Of a stretch of DNA of 64,000 nucleotides, positions 1 to 8,804 are shown in pieces. The first letter of the stretch is position 1. Each line of letters begins with the position of its first letter. The position numbers and the translations under genes are program-made. The notes beneath the pieces were generated by a model. It was given only the letters and a program-made list of their open reading frames with translations. It made no database searches and was not told the DNA's origin. This DNA is from Minisyncoccota bacterium (GTDB lineage: Bacteria; Patescibacteriota; Minisyncoccia; Phycocordibacterales; UBA9973), in contig JBAZVG010000001.1 in NCBI GenBank assembly GCA_041661005.1, positions 403,307 to 467,306 on the forward strand, given 5' to 3'.

Positions 1-660
1 ATTGATTTATCTCTTGTTAAACAAGAATATGATATAAAAATAGGGCGACTATATTTAAAATTAGATGAAACTAATCTTGAGATTTTAAAATTCAAAAAGA
101 TTGAGGATTTAATGATTAAAGGTTTTTCTTTTGAAGAAGCACAAAAAGTTGTAGAAGAAACTCTTAAACATAGGCGTGAACAGATAGATGAAGAATACAA
201 AAAACTTAACGAGGAGGAAAAAGATATTGAGAAACGAAAAAATATTTCGCAAGAGGAACAAAAAGAACTAAAAAATCTATTCCATAAGCTTGCTCATAAA
301 TTTCATCCCGATATAACTGGAGGTGATGATTCAATGATGAAAAAAATCAATAAAGCTTATACTAACGGTGATTTAGAAACCTTACGTGCGATTAATCGAG
401 GTGTTGATATTGGAAATGTTAATATAAAAACTATTGAGGAACTCAAAAATAAATTAGCAAAATTAGAAGAATCTATTAAAAAAACTCTTTCCGAACAAGA
501 ACAACTTAAACATTCGGAATGGGCTATTTTGAGAGAAAGTATTGAAAAAGCAAAGAAGCAAAAGCGTGATATTTTAAGTGAGCTTGCAGAAAAAGTGGTA
601 GAAGATATTGCTAAAAAAGAAAATATGCTTGATGAGTTAAAGAAAAAATATGGACGATGA
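1..660 (+). CDS. J-domain (DnaJ-like) protein, 5'-partial
   Basis: The frame is open from base 1, so the gene starts upstream of the window. It has an HPD tripeptide in a J-domain context (LFHKLAHKFHPDITGG...KINKAYTNGDLETLR) and a charged coiled-coil C-terminus. Confidence 0.55.
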   Translation: MDLSLVKQEYDIKIGRLYLKLDETNLEILKFKKIEDLMIKGFSFEEAQKVVEETLKHRREQIDEEYKKLNEEEKDIEKRKNISQEEQKELKNLFHKLAHKFHPDITGGDDSMMKKINKAYTNGDLETLRAINRGVDIGNVNIKTIEELKNKLAKLEESIKKTLSEQEQLKHSEWAILRESIEKAKKQKRDILSELAEKVVEDIAKKENMLDELKKKYGR

Positions 661-1384
661 AAAAGATAAAAAAATAATAACATCCCCGTATTATTCTCTG
701 GAACAACTAAAAAAACATTCTAGTCTTGCAAAAAGAGGTTTGCGAGATCTTAATATATTGCCAGAGATACAAACACTTATCGTAAAAATGAAAGAAGAAT
801 GCTTTGCTGGTAATTTTCAAGAATGCATTAATCTTTGCGATGAAATATTAAAGTCTATTCCTGCTTATTCTGAACCACTTTATAAGAATGAGATTTTTTT
901 CTACAAATGTGCTTGTTTGTCATATTTAAATAAATATGAGGAGGCAATTATTTGGATAGATAAAGCTTTGGAATATTATCCTGATGATAAAGAATTTTTT
1001 CATTTAAAAGCCAACTGTTTTTATTCATTAAGTAATTATGAGGAAGCTTTAAAATGGTATAACAAGGATTCAGAAAATTATTATGAGAAAGCCACTTGTT
1101 TATATTCATTAGGCAATTACGAAGAATCCTTGAAGTGGTATGATAAAGTTATAGAAAATTGGTCTGGTAATATACCAACTCCTAATGGCTTTTTAGGGAG
1201 GGTTAATATGTTTTACAATAAAGCAAGTTGCTTATACCATTTAAATAGATATGAAGAAGCTTTGGTGTGGTTTGATAAAGCTTTAGAAAAAAATCCAGAA
1301 TATCAACTAACTGGATCTTTGCAAGAAGATTGTCTTGAAGATAAAGCAGTGTGTCTAAAAATGTTGGGTAGAAAACATGTTTGA
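650..1384 (+). CDS. TPR-repeat protein (paralog 1)
   Basis: Repeated 34-aa TPR-like units (YEEALKWY, YEESLKWYDKV, YEEALVWFDKAL). The start overlaps the J-protein stop by 11 nt. The N-terminal 35 aa are nearly identical to the next gene. Confidence 0.6.
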   Translation: MDDEKDKKIITSPYYSLEQLKKHSSLAKRGLRDLNILPEIQTLIVKMKEECFAGNFQECINLCDEILKSIPAYSEPLYKNEIFFYKCACLSYLNKYEEAIIWIDKALEYYPDDKEFFHLKANCFYSLSNYEEALKWYNKDSENYYEKATCLYSLGNYEESLKWYDKVIENWSGNIPTPNGFLGRVNMFYNKASCLYHLNRYEEALVWFDKALEKNPEYQLTGSLQEDCLEDKAVCLKMLGRKHV

Positions 1385-1401
1385 TGAGTTAAAGAAAAAA
1401 T

Positions 1402-2073
1402 ATGGACAATGGAAAAGATAAAAAAATAATAACATCTCCGTATTATTCACTGGACAAACTTAGTGAAGATTCCGGTCTTCTGAAGAGAGGTTTAAGAGAT
1501 TTGAGTTTATGGCCTCAGGTTCAAGATATTTTTAATAAGTTAAATGAAAAATTTTGTGCTGGTTTAACTGACGAATCTATAGAACTTTGTCTTGAGATTC
1601 TTGCGACAGACCCAAATCATTTCACTACACTTTGGTATTATGGCAGATGTCTACTTGAAAAAGGTGAGTACGAAAAATCTATTGAATATTTTACGCGATG
1701 TCTGAATGAAAATGAAGAAAGTAGTAACTTTTTTATCTTGATATTTCGAGGAGATGCATATTGGAAATTAGGTGATTACAAAAATGCTTTGAACGACTTT
1801 CTTAAGGCAATAGATTTAGATCCTTCTATTGGTGTATCGTATGTTAATGTAGCAATATGTTTTTCTTCTATGGGTGAACATGATAAAGCTCATGAGTATA
1901 TCGATCAAGCAATTTCAATGGACAATAAAAGTGATCTACCTATGGGTAAGAAAGCAGAAATTTTTGAAAATCAAGGGAAAATAGCTGAAGCTCTTGAACA
2001 ATATAAAAAGACATTGAAAATGTTTCCTGATGACGAATATGCAAAGAAAAAAGTGATAGAGCTATCAAAATAA
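1402..2073 (+). CDS. TPR-repeat protein (paralog 2)
   Basis: N-terminus MDNGKDKKIITSPYYSLDKL...KRGLRDL matches the N-terminus of the 650..1384 gene. TPR motifs (YKNALNDFLKAIDLDP, AEALEQYKKTLKMFP). Confidence 0.6.
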   Translation: MDNGKDKKIITSPYYSLDKLSEDSGLLKRGLRDLSLWPQVQDIFNKLNEKFCAGLTDESIELCLEILATDPNHFTTLWYYGRCLLEKGEYEKSIEYFTRCLNENEESSNFFILIFRGDAYWKLGDYKNALNDFLKAIDLDPSIGVSYVNVAICFSSMGEHDKAHEYIDQAISMDNKSDLPMGKKAEIFENQGKIAEALEQYKKTLKMFPDDEYAKKKVIELSK

Positions 2074-2085
2074 TTATATAAAGAA

Positions 2086-2340
2086 ATGATAACTGACAAT
2101 TGTAACCATACATGGAAAAAACATACCGACGCAAGTCTTAGTGAAGGCACAGGTGTCATACCAGCTTATTATCGTTGTGAAAAATGCCGAACTTTAATGA
2201 CAGCACCAGAAGTCTTTCAATTAGAAGCATTAGAAAATCAAAACAAAACCTTGAGCCATATTAAAGGTTTTCAAAAATATATTGCTCTGATGGCTGTAGT
2301 AATTTCTTTTATCGCTTTGTTGATATCTATCTTTAAATAA
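2086..2340 (+). CDS. Small tail-anchored protein with putative zinc ribbon
   Basis: CNH...YYRCEKCRT Cys/His pairs and a C-terminal hydrophobic helix (YIALMAVVISFIALLISIF). No recognisable family. Confidence 0.3.
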   Translation: MITDNCNHTWKKHTDASLSEGTGVIPAYYRCEKCRTLMTAPEVFQLEALENQNKTLSHIKGFQKYIALMAVVISFIALLISIFK

Positions 2341-2341
2341 T

Positions 2342-3034
2342 ATGCCCGACGACCAAAACACAACCCAAAATCCAATCCCCACAGAAAACTCTATTCCAGC
2401 AAGCCCCCAAGAGCCTACCGAGCCTGCCCCTGAAAACACAGCACATTCTGAACCTGCTGATGCACTTCCTGAGGCCCCAGAAAGCTCACCGAACGACTTT
2501 TCAGTGAAAAGTAATGATATACCACCCTCAAATTCTACCCTTTCAGAGCCTTTCAGTGAGCCAAAACCTGAAGAAAAATCAGCTCCAAATGAACCTAACC
2601 CAGAGTCAGTTTCTGAGCCTGTTGAAGCCCCCGAACCCAAAACGGCTCAAATACCAGTATCTGAGCCGTTGAACTCTACGAGCGAGCCGTTAGGCGAGCA
2701 AGTAGAATTCCCGGAAACTAAAACCGAGACAAAACCAACCCCCGAAGTAAAACCTGAACCAGTAGAAACTAACCCCGTTCTTGTTTCAACGAAACCCTCC
2801 CAAAAAAATTTATGGCAAAGATTTCTAAGTAAAATACAAATTGGAAAAAGAAAAAAGTTGGATCGTGTTATGACTTTATTTCTGAAAAAATCTAAAATCA
2901 CAAACGACGAAGTCGAGAAATTTCTTCACGTCTCTGACGCCACAGCAACTAGATATCTTTCAATTCTGGAAAAGGAAGGAAAAATAAAACAGAATGGAAA
3001 AACTGGAAAAGGAGTTTCGTATTCCAGAATTTAA
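2342..3034 (+). CDS. Pro/Glu/Ser-rich low-complexity protein with C-terminal winged-helix DNA-binding domain
   Basis: Repeated SEP/PEP low-complexity N-terminus. The C-terminus EVEKFLHVSDATATRYLSILEKEGKIKQNGKTGKGVSYS resembles an HTH_24/RecG-C-type winged helix. Confidence 0.45.
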   Translation: MPDDQNTTQNPIPTENSIPASPQEPTEPAPENTAHSEPADALPEAPESSPNDFSVKSNDIPPSNSTLSEPFSEPKPEEKSAPNEPNPESVSEPVEAPEPKTAQIPVSEPLNSTSEPLGEQVEFPETKTETKPTPEVKPEPVETNPVLVSTKPSQKNLWQRFLSKIQIGKRKKLDRVMTLFLKKSKITNDEVEKFLHVSDATATRYLSILEKEGKIKQNGKTGKGVSYSRI

Positions 3035-3039
3035 TTCTA

Positions 3040-3705
3040 ATCAGGGAGTGAGTTTGCGTGCACGCACGGGTGGGTGGAGTTTTTGTGTAATCACAAAAAC
3101 TCTGGGGCAAGCACGATGGCATTTGCGCCTTCGGGAATTTCCGCTAGGGTGTCTGGGCTAAAGACGAGCGCCTGAGCAATATGAAATACTAAAATCTCAT
3201 AGCGAAAGCGACATACTAAACATGGATATGAAAAACCTGAGAGGGGTTTGTGCGGTCGGGTGGGGTGAGCCCTGTTCCGCTTTGCGGAATGCGACCGCAG
3301 GGAGCACGAACCGAGACAACGCACTGGGGAGAGGAGAATCCTCTCCCCAACTAGAAGCGGGCTTTTTCTTGAACGGCTCATTTACCAGTATTTGAGCCGT
3401 TCGAAAAAGTCCCGCTACCTAGAACTGGCGCTCGTAGCCCTAGCGGAAATTCCCGAGGCGGATGCCGAGGGTGTATTCCTTTAGACTGGACACAATGATA
3501 TGATGGACGAAGGCACCGAGCATTTGTATTTGGATTTCTCCTGCGGGCAGAATTCAGAATCTCGTCAAAAGAACATTAGTCGAGGAAAAGCGGAATCCTA
3601 ATCCCTAAAATATTTGTTCCGCTTTTCCGAGTCCATTGAATTAGCACATTAGTAGAGCGTGGTAATTAGTTTAAAGTTAAGAGGCGCGCGTAGCGTGCAC
3701 ATTAG
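3040..3705. repeat. GC-rich (about 50% GC) noncoding island of nested inverted repeats and palindromes
   Basis: Outer GCGTGCACGC-containing inverted ends at 3048..3071 and 3680..3705. A 19+8-bp long-range inverted repeat at 3133..3170 and 3428..3460. A roughly 70-bp palindrome at 3352..3422. A GGGGAGAGG/CCTCTCCCC hairpin at 3311..3333. No credible ORF: 3091..3381(-) is Arg/Cys/Ser-rich junk. Confidence 0.5.
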
Positions 3706-3790
3706 GAATTTTTACTAAAATAGGTTCTAGCTGATTTTAAAAGATACTCCAGTTTTGTAGCAAAATATATTCTTCTTTTTTAAAAAAAAA

Positions 3791-4276
3791 TTATTTATTA
3801 AGTTCTATTTCTGCCCGTTCCGCTAAATCTATGAAAATAGCAACTTCTTTCAAGCTAAGTTTTCGAGGTCTTGTATCTTTAATACAAAAGACACCTATTG
3901 GCTGACGTGTTTTGTAATCAAAAAGAGCGATTCCAGCATAAAATCTTATAAATGGAGAACCCACAACCATTGGATTGTCCATGAAACGCGGGTCGTTTAA
4001 GGTATCCTCTACAATAAAAACATTTTTTGCTAATAGCGTATGCCCACAGAAAGAGACAGTCCTATCCCCTTCTTTATTTTCTACTCCGATGCATGACTTG
4101 AACCATTCACGATTAGAATCTAAGATCGCAACCATAGACATGGGAACACGTAATTTTTCCACCGCTTCACGAGTCAAAACATCAAACCGCTCTTCCGGTT
4201 TGGTATCTAAAATAGCCATTCGATGCACAGCTTCTAATCTTTTATTTTCATCATCTGGAACTGGGGCTTTTTGCAT
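3791..4276 (-). CDS. GAF domain protein (stand-alone)
   Basis: GAF-like conservation pattern (ERFDVLTR...VPMSMVAILD...RFMDNPMVVGSPFIRFYAGIAL). Confidence 0.55.
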   Translation of the reverse strand: MQKAPVPDDENKRLEAVHRMAILDTKPEERFDVLTREAVEKLRVPMSMVAILDSNREWFKSCIGVENKEGDRTVSFCGHTLLAKNVFIVEDTLNDPRFMDNPMVVGSPFIRFYAGIALFDYKTRQPIGVFCIKDTRPRKLSLKEVAIFIDLAERAEIELNK

Positions 4277-4319
4277 ACATAAATTATAAACTTACTGGTT
4301 AGAAATTTCAACAATTTTC

Positions 4320-5033
4320 CTACTGCCCTATCAATACACCAGCAAGAAGTCCGGCAAATAAAGCTATACCTCCCATAATGAGAACCCTCATGCCTGATTT
4401 TAGTATCGGCTGTTTGGTAAATTTGGTAGTGCTCATCCCCAATGCGAAAAGTCCGATTAGAGTTATCGCTATTGATAAAGGAACGGCATTCTTAATGGAT
4501 AAAACAAGATAAGCAAATAATGGAACAATACCTCCTAAGATATATGCAAAAAACATATAAAATCCCCCTTTAATGGAAACAGATTCCTGATCGCCTGAAA
4601 TCTTTAATTCATGCATTATCATTTCTTTCAGAATGAGCTCATGATTCCCTGAAACCTCCTCAGACATCCGAACTGCCAGATCCTTTGACCAGCCATCTTT
4701 CAAATATATTTGATAGAGTTCTTCTTTTTCTTCTTCTGGAAATTTTTCCAGTTCTTCTTTTTCTTCTTTTATTTTTCTTTGTTCTAATTCTTCTTGAGAG
4801 CGATTAGAAAGATAAGAACCTATGCCCATGGAGATAGATTCTACAGAAATAATAACCACCCCTGCCAAAATGACTGTAGCCTGATTGTTGCTACCTATGG
4901 CTATTCCAGTAATCGAACCCAAAGTCGAAACCATGCCATCTTCCATGCCAAAAACTACTTCTCTAAAAACGTTAGTCAGAGAAGATTTTTGATGATGTAT
5001 ATAATCTTTATTTATTTTTTTATGTATTTCCAT
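4320..5033 (-). CDS. VIT1/CCC1-family iron/manganese transporter
   Basis: VIT-family signature FGMEDGMVSTLGSITGIAIG, plus five predicted TM segments. Confidence 0.6.
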   Translation of the reverse strand: MEIHKKINKDYIHHQKSSLTNVFREVVFGMEDGMVSTLGSITGIAIGSNNQATVILAGVVIISVESISMGIGSYLSNRSQEELEQRKIKEEKEELEKFPEEEKEELYQIYLKDGWSKDLAVRMSEEVSGNHELILKEMIMHELKISGDQESVSIKGGFYMFFAYILGGIVPLFAYLVLSIKNAVPLSIAITLIGLFALGMSTTKFTKQPILKSGMRVLIMGGIALFAGLLAGVLIGQ

Positions 5034-5738
5034 TTATAATGCAGATTTCTCTGCTGATTTAGTATTTAATGCCTCTTTTTGTGTTTTTAAATAATCTTTT
5101 AATTGCGGGATAATCTTTTCAATCTCTTCTGTAGTTTTGAAACCGGGATAATTTTTTCCATCAATCACCATAACAGGCACATTTGCCGGTATCTTGTATA
5201 TAGAGATCAAAGCTTTTATGGCTGATAGATCCAAATTGTAATCAAAAGAATAAATGCGTAATTGCGGATACTTTTCACGCAATAGAGATAAGACATATTC
5301 TTGTTTTACACAATCAGTGCAAGTGGGGTCTGGAGAATACATATAGAGAATAAAAGAATTTTCAGAACCACAACGTTCATTTATCTTTTTCATTAAAAGA
5401 TAATCCTTAATCTCCAGCAAAGAATAATATTTCTTCAGATACTTGATGTCCGTATTGTCAGTAGCAAAATTTTTTTCACTATAATTTATCTTGTCGGCAA
5501 TATTATTTATTTCTTGAGACAGCACGGAATTATCAACGTTCTTGCAAGACAATTCCTGCAAAAGAGAAAACTGTGTTTCAGAAGAAAGAATGTCGATAGA
5601 AATATTGTCTTGAATGCTCTTTAATTGATTGATCTTATTATTATAAAAATAATTGGTAACATAAAAAGCGCTAGCAAACAAAGTAGCTGTTATGAAAAAA
5701 ACTATAATATATTTCCTCCAATCGTTTTGCGGTATCAT
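5034..5738 (-). CDS. Membrane-anchored thioredoxin-fold protein (CxxC)
   Basis: N-terminal TM helix. CTDC motif in a Trx-like context (LYMYSPDPTCTDCVKQEY...VPVMVIDGK). Confidence 0.4.
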   Translation of the reverse strand: MIPQNDWRKYIIVFFITATLFASAFYVTNYFYNNKINQLKSIQDNISIDILSSETQFSLLQELSCKNVDNSVLSQEINNIADKINYSEKNFATDNTDIKYLKKYYSLLEIKDYLLMKKINERCGSENSFILYMYSPDPTCTDCVKQEYVLSLLREKYPQLRIYSFDYNLDLSAIKALISIYKIPANVPVMVIDGKNYPGFKTTEEIEKIIPQLKDYLKTQKEALNTKSAEKSAL

Positions 5739-5747
5739 TTTTAAAAA

Positions 5748-6992
5748 TTAACGCCAGCTGGGCCTTTCTGAAACTATAACATTATACACAGCTTTCAAGA
5801 ACCAGATGGGTGCTATAACACTATAAGTCAACATATAAAAAACAATGTAAAAACTTGGCTGAAAACGATTTTCGGCTATTTTCCGACCGACCAAAATGGA
5901 AAAAAAGACCAGAGCGTAACACACTACAAGGATCAACGATATGCCTTTGATATTGAAATAAAACCAATCAAATTTTGGAAACTGTAGTATCTCGCTAAAA
6001 CCAACCACTTGAATTTCTATAACCTTTTCAATAATAAAATTTCCAAATTTAAACATTAAAACTACAAACAAAAAAATGATGCTAAAAATAGAAATTACTC
6101 CCGATGGCAGAGTGAGTAGAGACAAAGCTCCCAACTTCGGTTTTAACAATAAATGCCTGTAATCAATCAGATTTTTAATAAACCCATAATACCAGCGTAA
6201 TCGCTGTTTATATAATTTATACAGCGAATCCGGCGGAACAGTGTAAACATAGGCATCATGACAATAATCTATGCGTAAATTGTGTTGATGCATACGTAAT
6301 GCAATCTCTCCATCTTCTGTATTGTGTGCCTTCCTGAACCCCCCTAGCCTGTCAAAAACTTCCCGTCTGTAAATAGGCAAGGTGCCTGGTGTGACATTCA
6401 GTCCGTTTAAAAGACCCAGCACTTTCTTTACAAAAATAGATCCGAGATATTCAATCTTTTGGATCTTTTGAGCGAAGTTTTTTGGATTATGAATTATTGT
6501 CGCTGGGATAACCGCCATGACATCTTTATTGTCCAAAAAACATTGCATCATCCTACTCAACGCTTGTGGATGGACAAAAGAATCAGCGTCAAGACAAGCA
6601 ACAAATTCCGTTTTTACATGTTGGAGGCCTAGATTTATTGCAGTATGTTTCCCACCATTTTCTTTATGAAAAATTGAAATATTGGGATACTTCTCAAAAC
6701 GTTTCATTATACTCCATGTATTGTCAATTGACCCATCATCAACCAGAAAAATCTTCAGCTTTTCTTTTGGATAATCAATACCGAGTAAAGAACGTACAGT
6801 TTTATAAATTGTTTTATCTTCATTCCAACAAGACACAATGACGGTTACTGTAGGATAGTGACTCAACTTAATCTTCCCATTTCTGATAGTTATCTTTTTT
6901 CTATTTTCCAAAAAGGTCACGAAGAAAAACACCTGCACATACACGGACAGAAAAATTAATACATAAAATATTATGTTGGAAATTGAAACCAT
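5748..6992 (-). CDS. Processive family-2 glycosyltransferase (chitin/cellulose/hyaluronan-synthase-like)
   Basis: GT2 motifs: VTVIVSCWNE, LVDDGSIDNT, CLDADS, QRLRWYYG (QxxRW). Multiple C-terminal TM helices. Confidence 0.7.
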   Translation of the reverse strand: MVSISNIIFYVLIFLSVYVQVFFFVTFLENRKKITIRNGKIKLSHYPTVTVIVSCWNEDKTIYKTVRSLLGIDYPKEKLKIFLVDDGSIDNTWSIMKRFEKYPNISIFHKENGGKHTAINLGLQHVKTEFVACLDADSFVHPQALSRMMQCFLDNKDVMAVIPATIIHNPKNFAQKIQKIEYLGSIFVKKVLGLLNGLNVTPGTLPIYRREVFDRLGGFRKAHNTEDGEIALRMHQHNLRIDYCHDAYVYTVPPDSLYKLYKQRLRWYYGFIKNLIDYRHLLLKPKLGALSLLTLPSGVISIFSIIFLFVVLMFKFGNFIIEKVIEIQVVGFSEILQFPKFDWFYFNIKGISLILVVCYALVFFSILVGRKIAENRFQPSFYIVFYMLTYSVIAPIWFLKAVYNVIVSERPSWR

Positions 6993-7009
6993 ATTACTTC
7001 GACAAAGAA

Positions 7010-7300
7010 TTACATGCCAACTTCCGCCTTGTTGTCAGTATCGCAAGCACCACAAGCAGCCATGCATTTTTTGCACTTGCAACCAAAAATCTTCATAACA
7101 GCCGCAATACCGACTAATATGTAGACGATTGCTTCAATAGTTGGAACAGATCCGAGAACCATCTTCACAACATTCCAATCACCATTCATCAACATCCCCA
7201 CACCCACCAAACCCCAGTTGATGCCTCCTATGATCAATAGGATTTTGCCAATCAAGGCTGGAGTGCAACAACCCTTACAACAACTCATTCCATGACACAT
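7010..7300 (-). CDS. DUF378-family small membrane protein with Cys-rich termini
   Basis: GGINWGLVGVGML core of DUF378. N-terminal MCHGMSCCKGCC and C-terminal CKCKKCMAACGACD Cys clusters. Confidence 0.5.
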   Translation of the reverse strand: MCHGMSCCKGCCTPALIGKILLIIGGINWGLVGVGMLMNGDWNVVKMVLGSVPTIEAIVYILVGIAAVMKIFGCKCKKCMAACGACDTDNKAEVGM

Positions 7301-7464
7301 ATATTTTTTCGTCTCGCGTGAGACAATTAACTAATAAAGGACCTTTTAATAATAAGTCAATTATAGCACTATTCTTTTAAAATGCTACAATGAGAGGACA
7401 TTAATAGCCTCGACATAAAGTCGAAGTTTCGACTAAAGACGTCGGAATTAACATAAAAAAATAA

Positions 7465-8226
7465 ATGGAAGAAAACAACATTGAAAATAAAGGCAACAAC
7501 AAGAATGAAAGTCAAAAACAAATAGCTGGAGCAATAATCATAGCAGGTCTCATTATAGCTGGAGCAATTTTGTTGAAAGGAAACAGAACCTCTATTCCCA
7601 CAAGTAATGGAGTTCCCGTCACATCTTTAGCTCCAATTGAAAAAAACGATAGAACTCTCGGGAATGTAAAAGCAAAAGTCATCCTCGTTTCATATGAGGA
7701 CTTTCAATGTCCATTCTGCGGAGCAATTTCTGGTTTGGCGCCCGACTCAGACGCTGTAAAGTATTTAAAACAAATTAACCAAAGCTGGACACCTCTTATG
7801 ATCGGCATCGATGAATATATAAAAAACGGGGATGTGTTGTTTGTATATAGAGATTGGGCATTTTTAGGACCGGAATCAGTAAAATCAGCCGAAGCCGCAA
7901 GGTGCGCCGGTGATCAAGGAAAATTTTGGGAATATCACGATTATCTCTATGCCCATCAAAATGGAGAAAATAAGGGGAACTTTTCCGATACTAACCTAAA
8001 GACTTTTGCAAAAAGTTTGAAATTAGACACAAATACTTTTGATCAATGTCTTGATGGTAACAAATACGCGCAAGCGGTTGCAGACTCCAAAACACAAGGA
8101 ACAGAGGCTGGAGTGACAGGCACACCAAAAGGGTTCATTCTTAAAGACGGCAAAATCGTCGGCACTATTGACGGAGCTGAATCATGGACAACTGTCAAAC
8201 CAAAGATTGATAGCGCGCTCAAATAA
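7465..8226 (+). CDS. DsbA-family thiol:disulfide oxidoreductase (membrane-anchored)
   Basis: CPFC active site in a DsbA context (YEDFQCPFCG). N-terminal TM segment. Confidence 0.65.
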   Translation: MEENNIENKGNNKNESQKQIAGAIIIAGLIIAGAILLKGNRTSIPTSNGVPVTSLAPIEKNDRTLGNVKAKVILVSYEDFQCPFCGAISGLAPDSDAVKYLKQINQSWTPLMIGIDEYIKNGDVLFVYRDWAFLGPESVKSAEAARCAGDQGKFWEYHDYLYAHQNGENKGNFSDTNLKTFAKSLKLDTNTFDQCLDGNKYAQAVADSKTQGTEAGVTGTPKGFILKDGKIVGTIDGAESWTTVKPKIDSALK

Positions 8227-8237
8227 AACTAATCGAA

Positions 8238-8681
8238 ATGAAAAATATATTTACATTTCTAATATTTATCCTCCTCATTGTTAATTCCTATTTTACATTT
8301 GGAACATTTTTAAGTGGTGCTACTGGTGGTGGCTCTGCTGTATTTCGTTATCTTGTTCCGCTTGGAATAGCCATAATTGCTGGAATAATTGGATTATCTT
8401 CTAGAAATTCATACCAATTTGATAATGGACGTAAGATGATAATTATTGGTCTAGTCATACCTCTTATATTATTTATTTATGCATTTATTCTAAACCAGTC
8501 TGATGTTGCCAAATTCAAGCAACGTAAAGTAGATTACGAAAATTCAGCCACAATAGTTAATATTCCCCCCTATTCCTATAAGGTATACCCAAATGGAGGA
8601 TTTACTCCTTTAAATGTTTGTGATGCTGGAGCTGGAACTCTGGAATGTATTAATGCTATAAAGGTTTGGAATCAACATTAG
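8238..8681 (+). CDS. Hypothetical membrane protein
   Basis: Three hydrophobic helices. No family recognised. Confidence 0.3.
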   Translation: MKNIFTFLIFILLIVNSYFTFGTFLSGATGGGSAVFRYLVPLGIAIIAGIIGLSSRNSYQFDNGRKMIIIGLVIPLILFIYAFILNQSDVAKFKQRKVDYENSATIVNIPPYSYKVYPNGGFTPLNVCDAGAGTLECINAIKVWNQH

Positions 8682-8760
8682 TTGATACAAAACTAATGAA
8701 AGTAGTTTTTTTATCTTACATTAAGAACTACCTTTAAATTACCTTGACTGAAACAAAAAA

Positions 8761-8792
8761 ACCATAATAGACACGACCGTGTCTATTATGGT
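8761..8792. promoter_or_regulatory. 32-bp palindrome ACCATAATAGACACG-AC-CGTGTCTATTATGGT, 13 nt upstream of the PaaX-like gene start
   Basis: Perfect 15-bp arms. TATTAT inside the right arm is a possible -10. A near-identical copy lies 3' of the same gene at 9391..9422. Confidence 0.55.
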
Positions 8793-8804
8793 AACATATA
8801 AAAT

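Noticed and set aside
2230-2640. 136-aa Gly/Ser-rich ORF antisense to the P/E-rich gene
   Set aside because: It is an antisense reading of a low-complexity repeat region. The sense gene has the recognisable C-terminal wHTH.
3091-3381. 96-aa ORF on the minus strand inside the GC-rich island
   Set aside because: The composition is Arg/Cys/Ser/Pro-rich, typical of translated GC-rich noncoding DNA. It lies entirely within nested palindromes and has no start context.
3040-3705. RNase P RNA, tmRNA, SRP RNA or 6S RNA
   Set aside because: I looked for P4 (AGUCCGGGC...ACCCGGCU), the tmRNA tRNA-like end with tag ORF, and the SRP GGAAGCAGCC motif. None is present.
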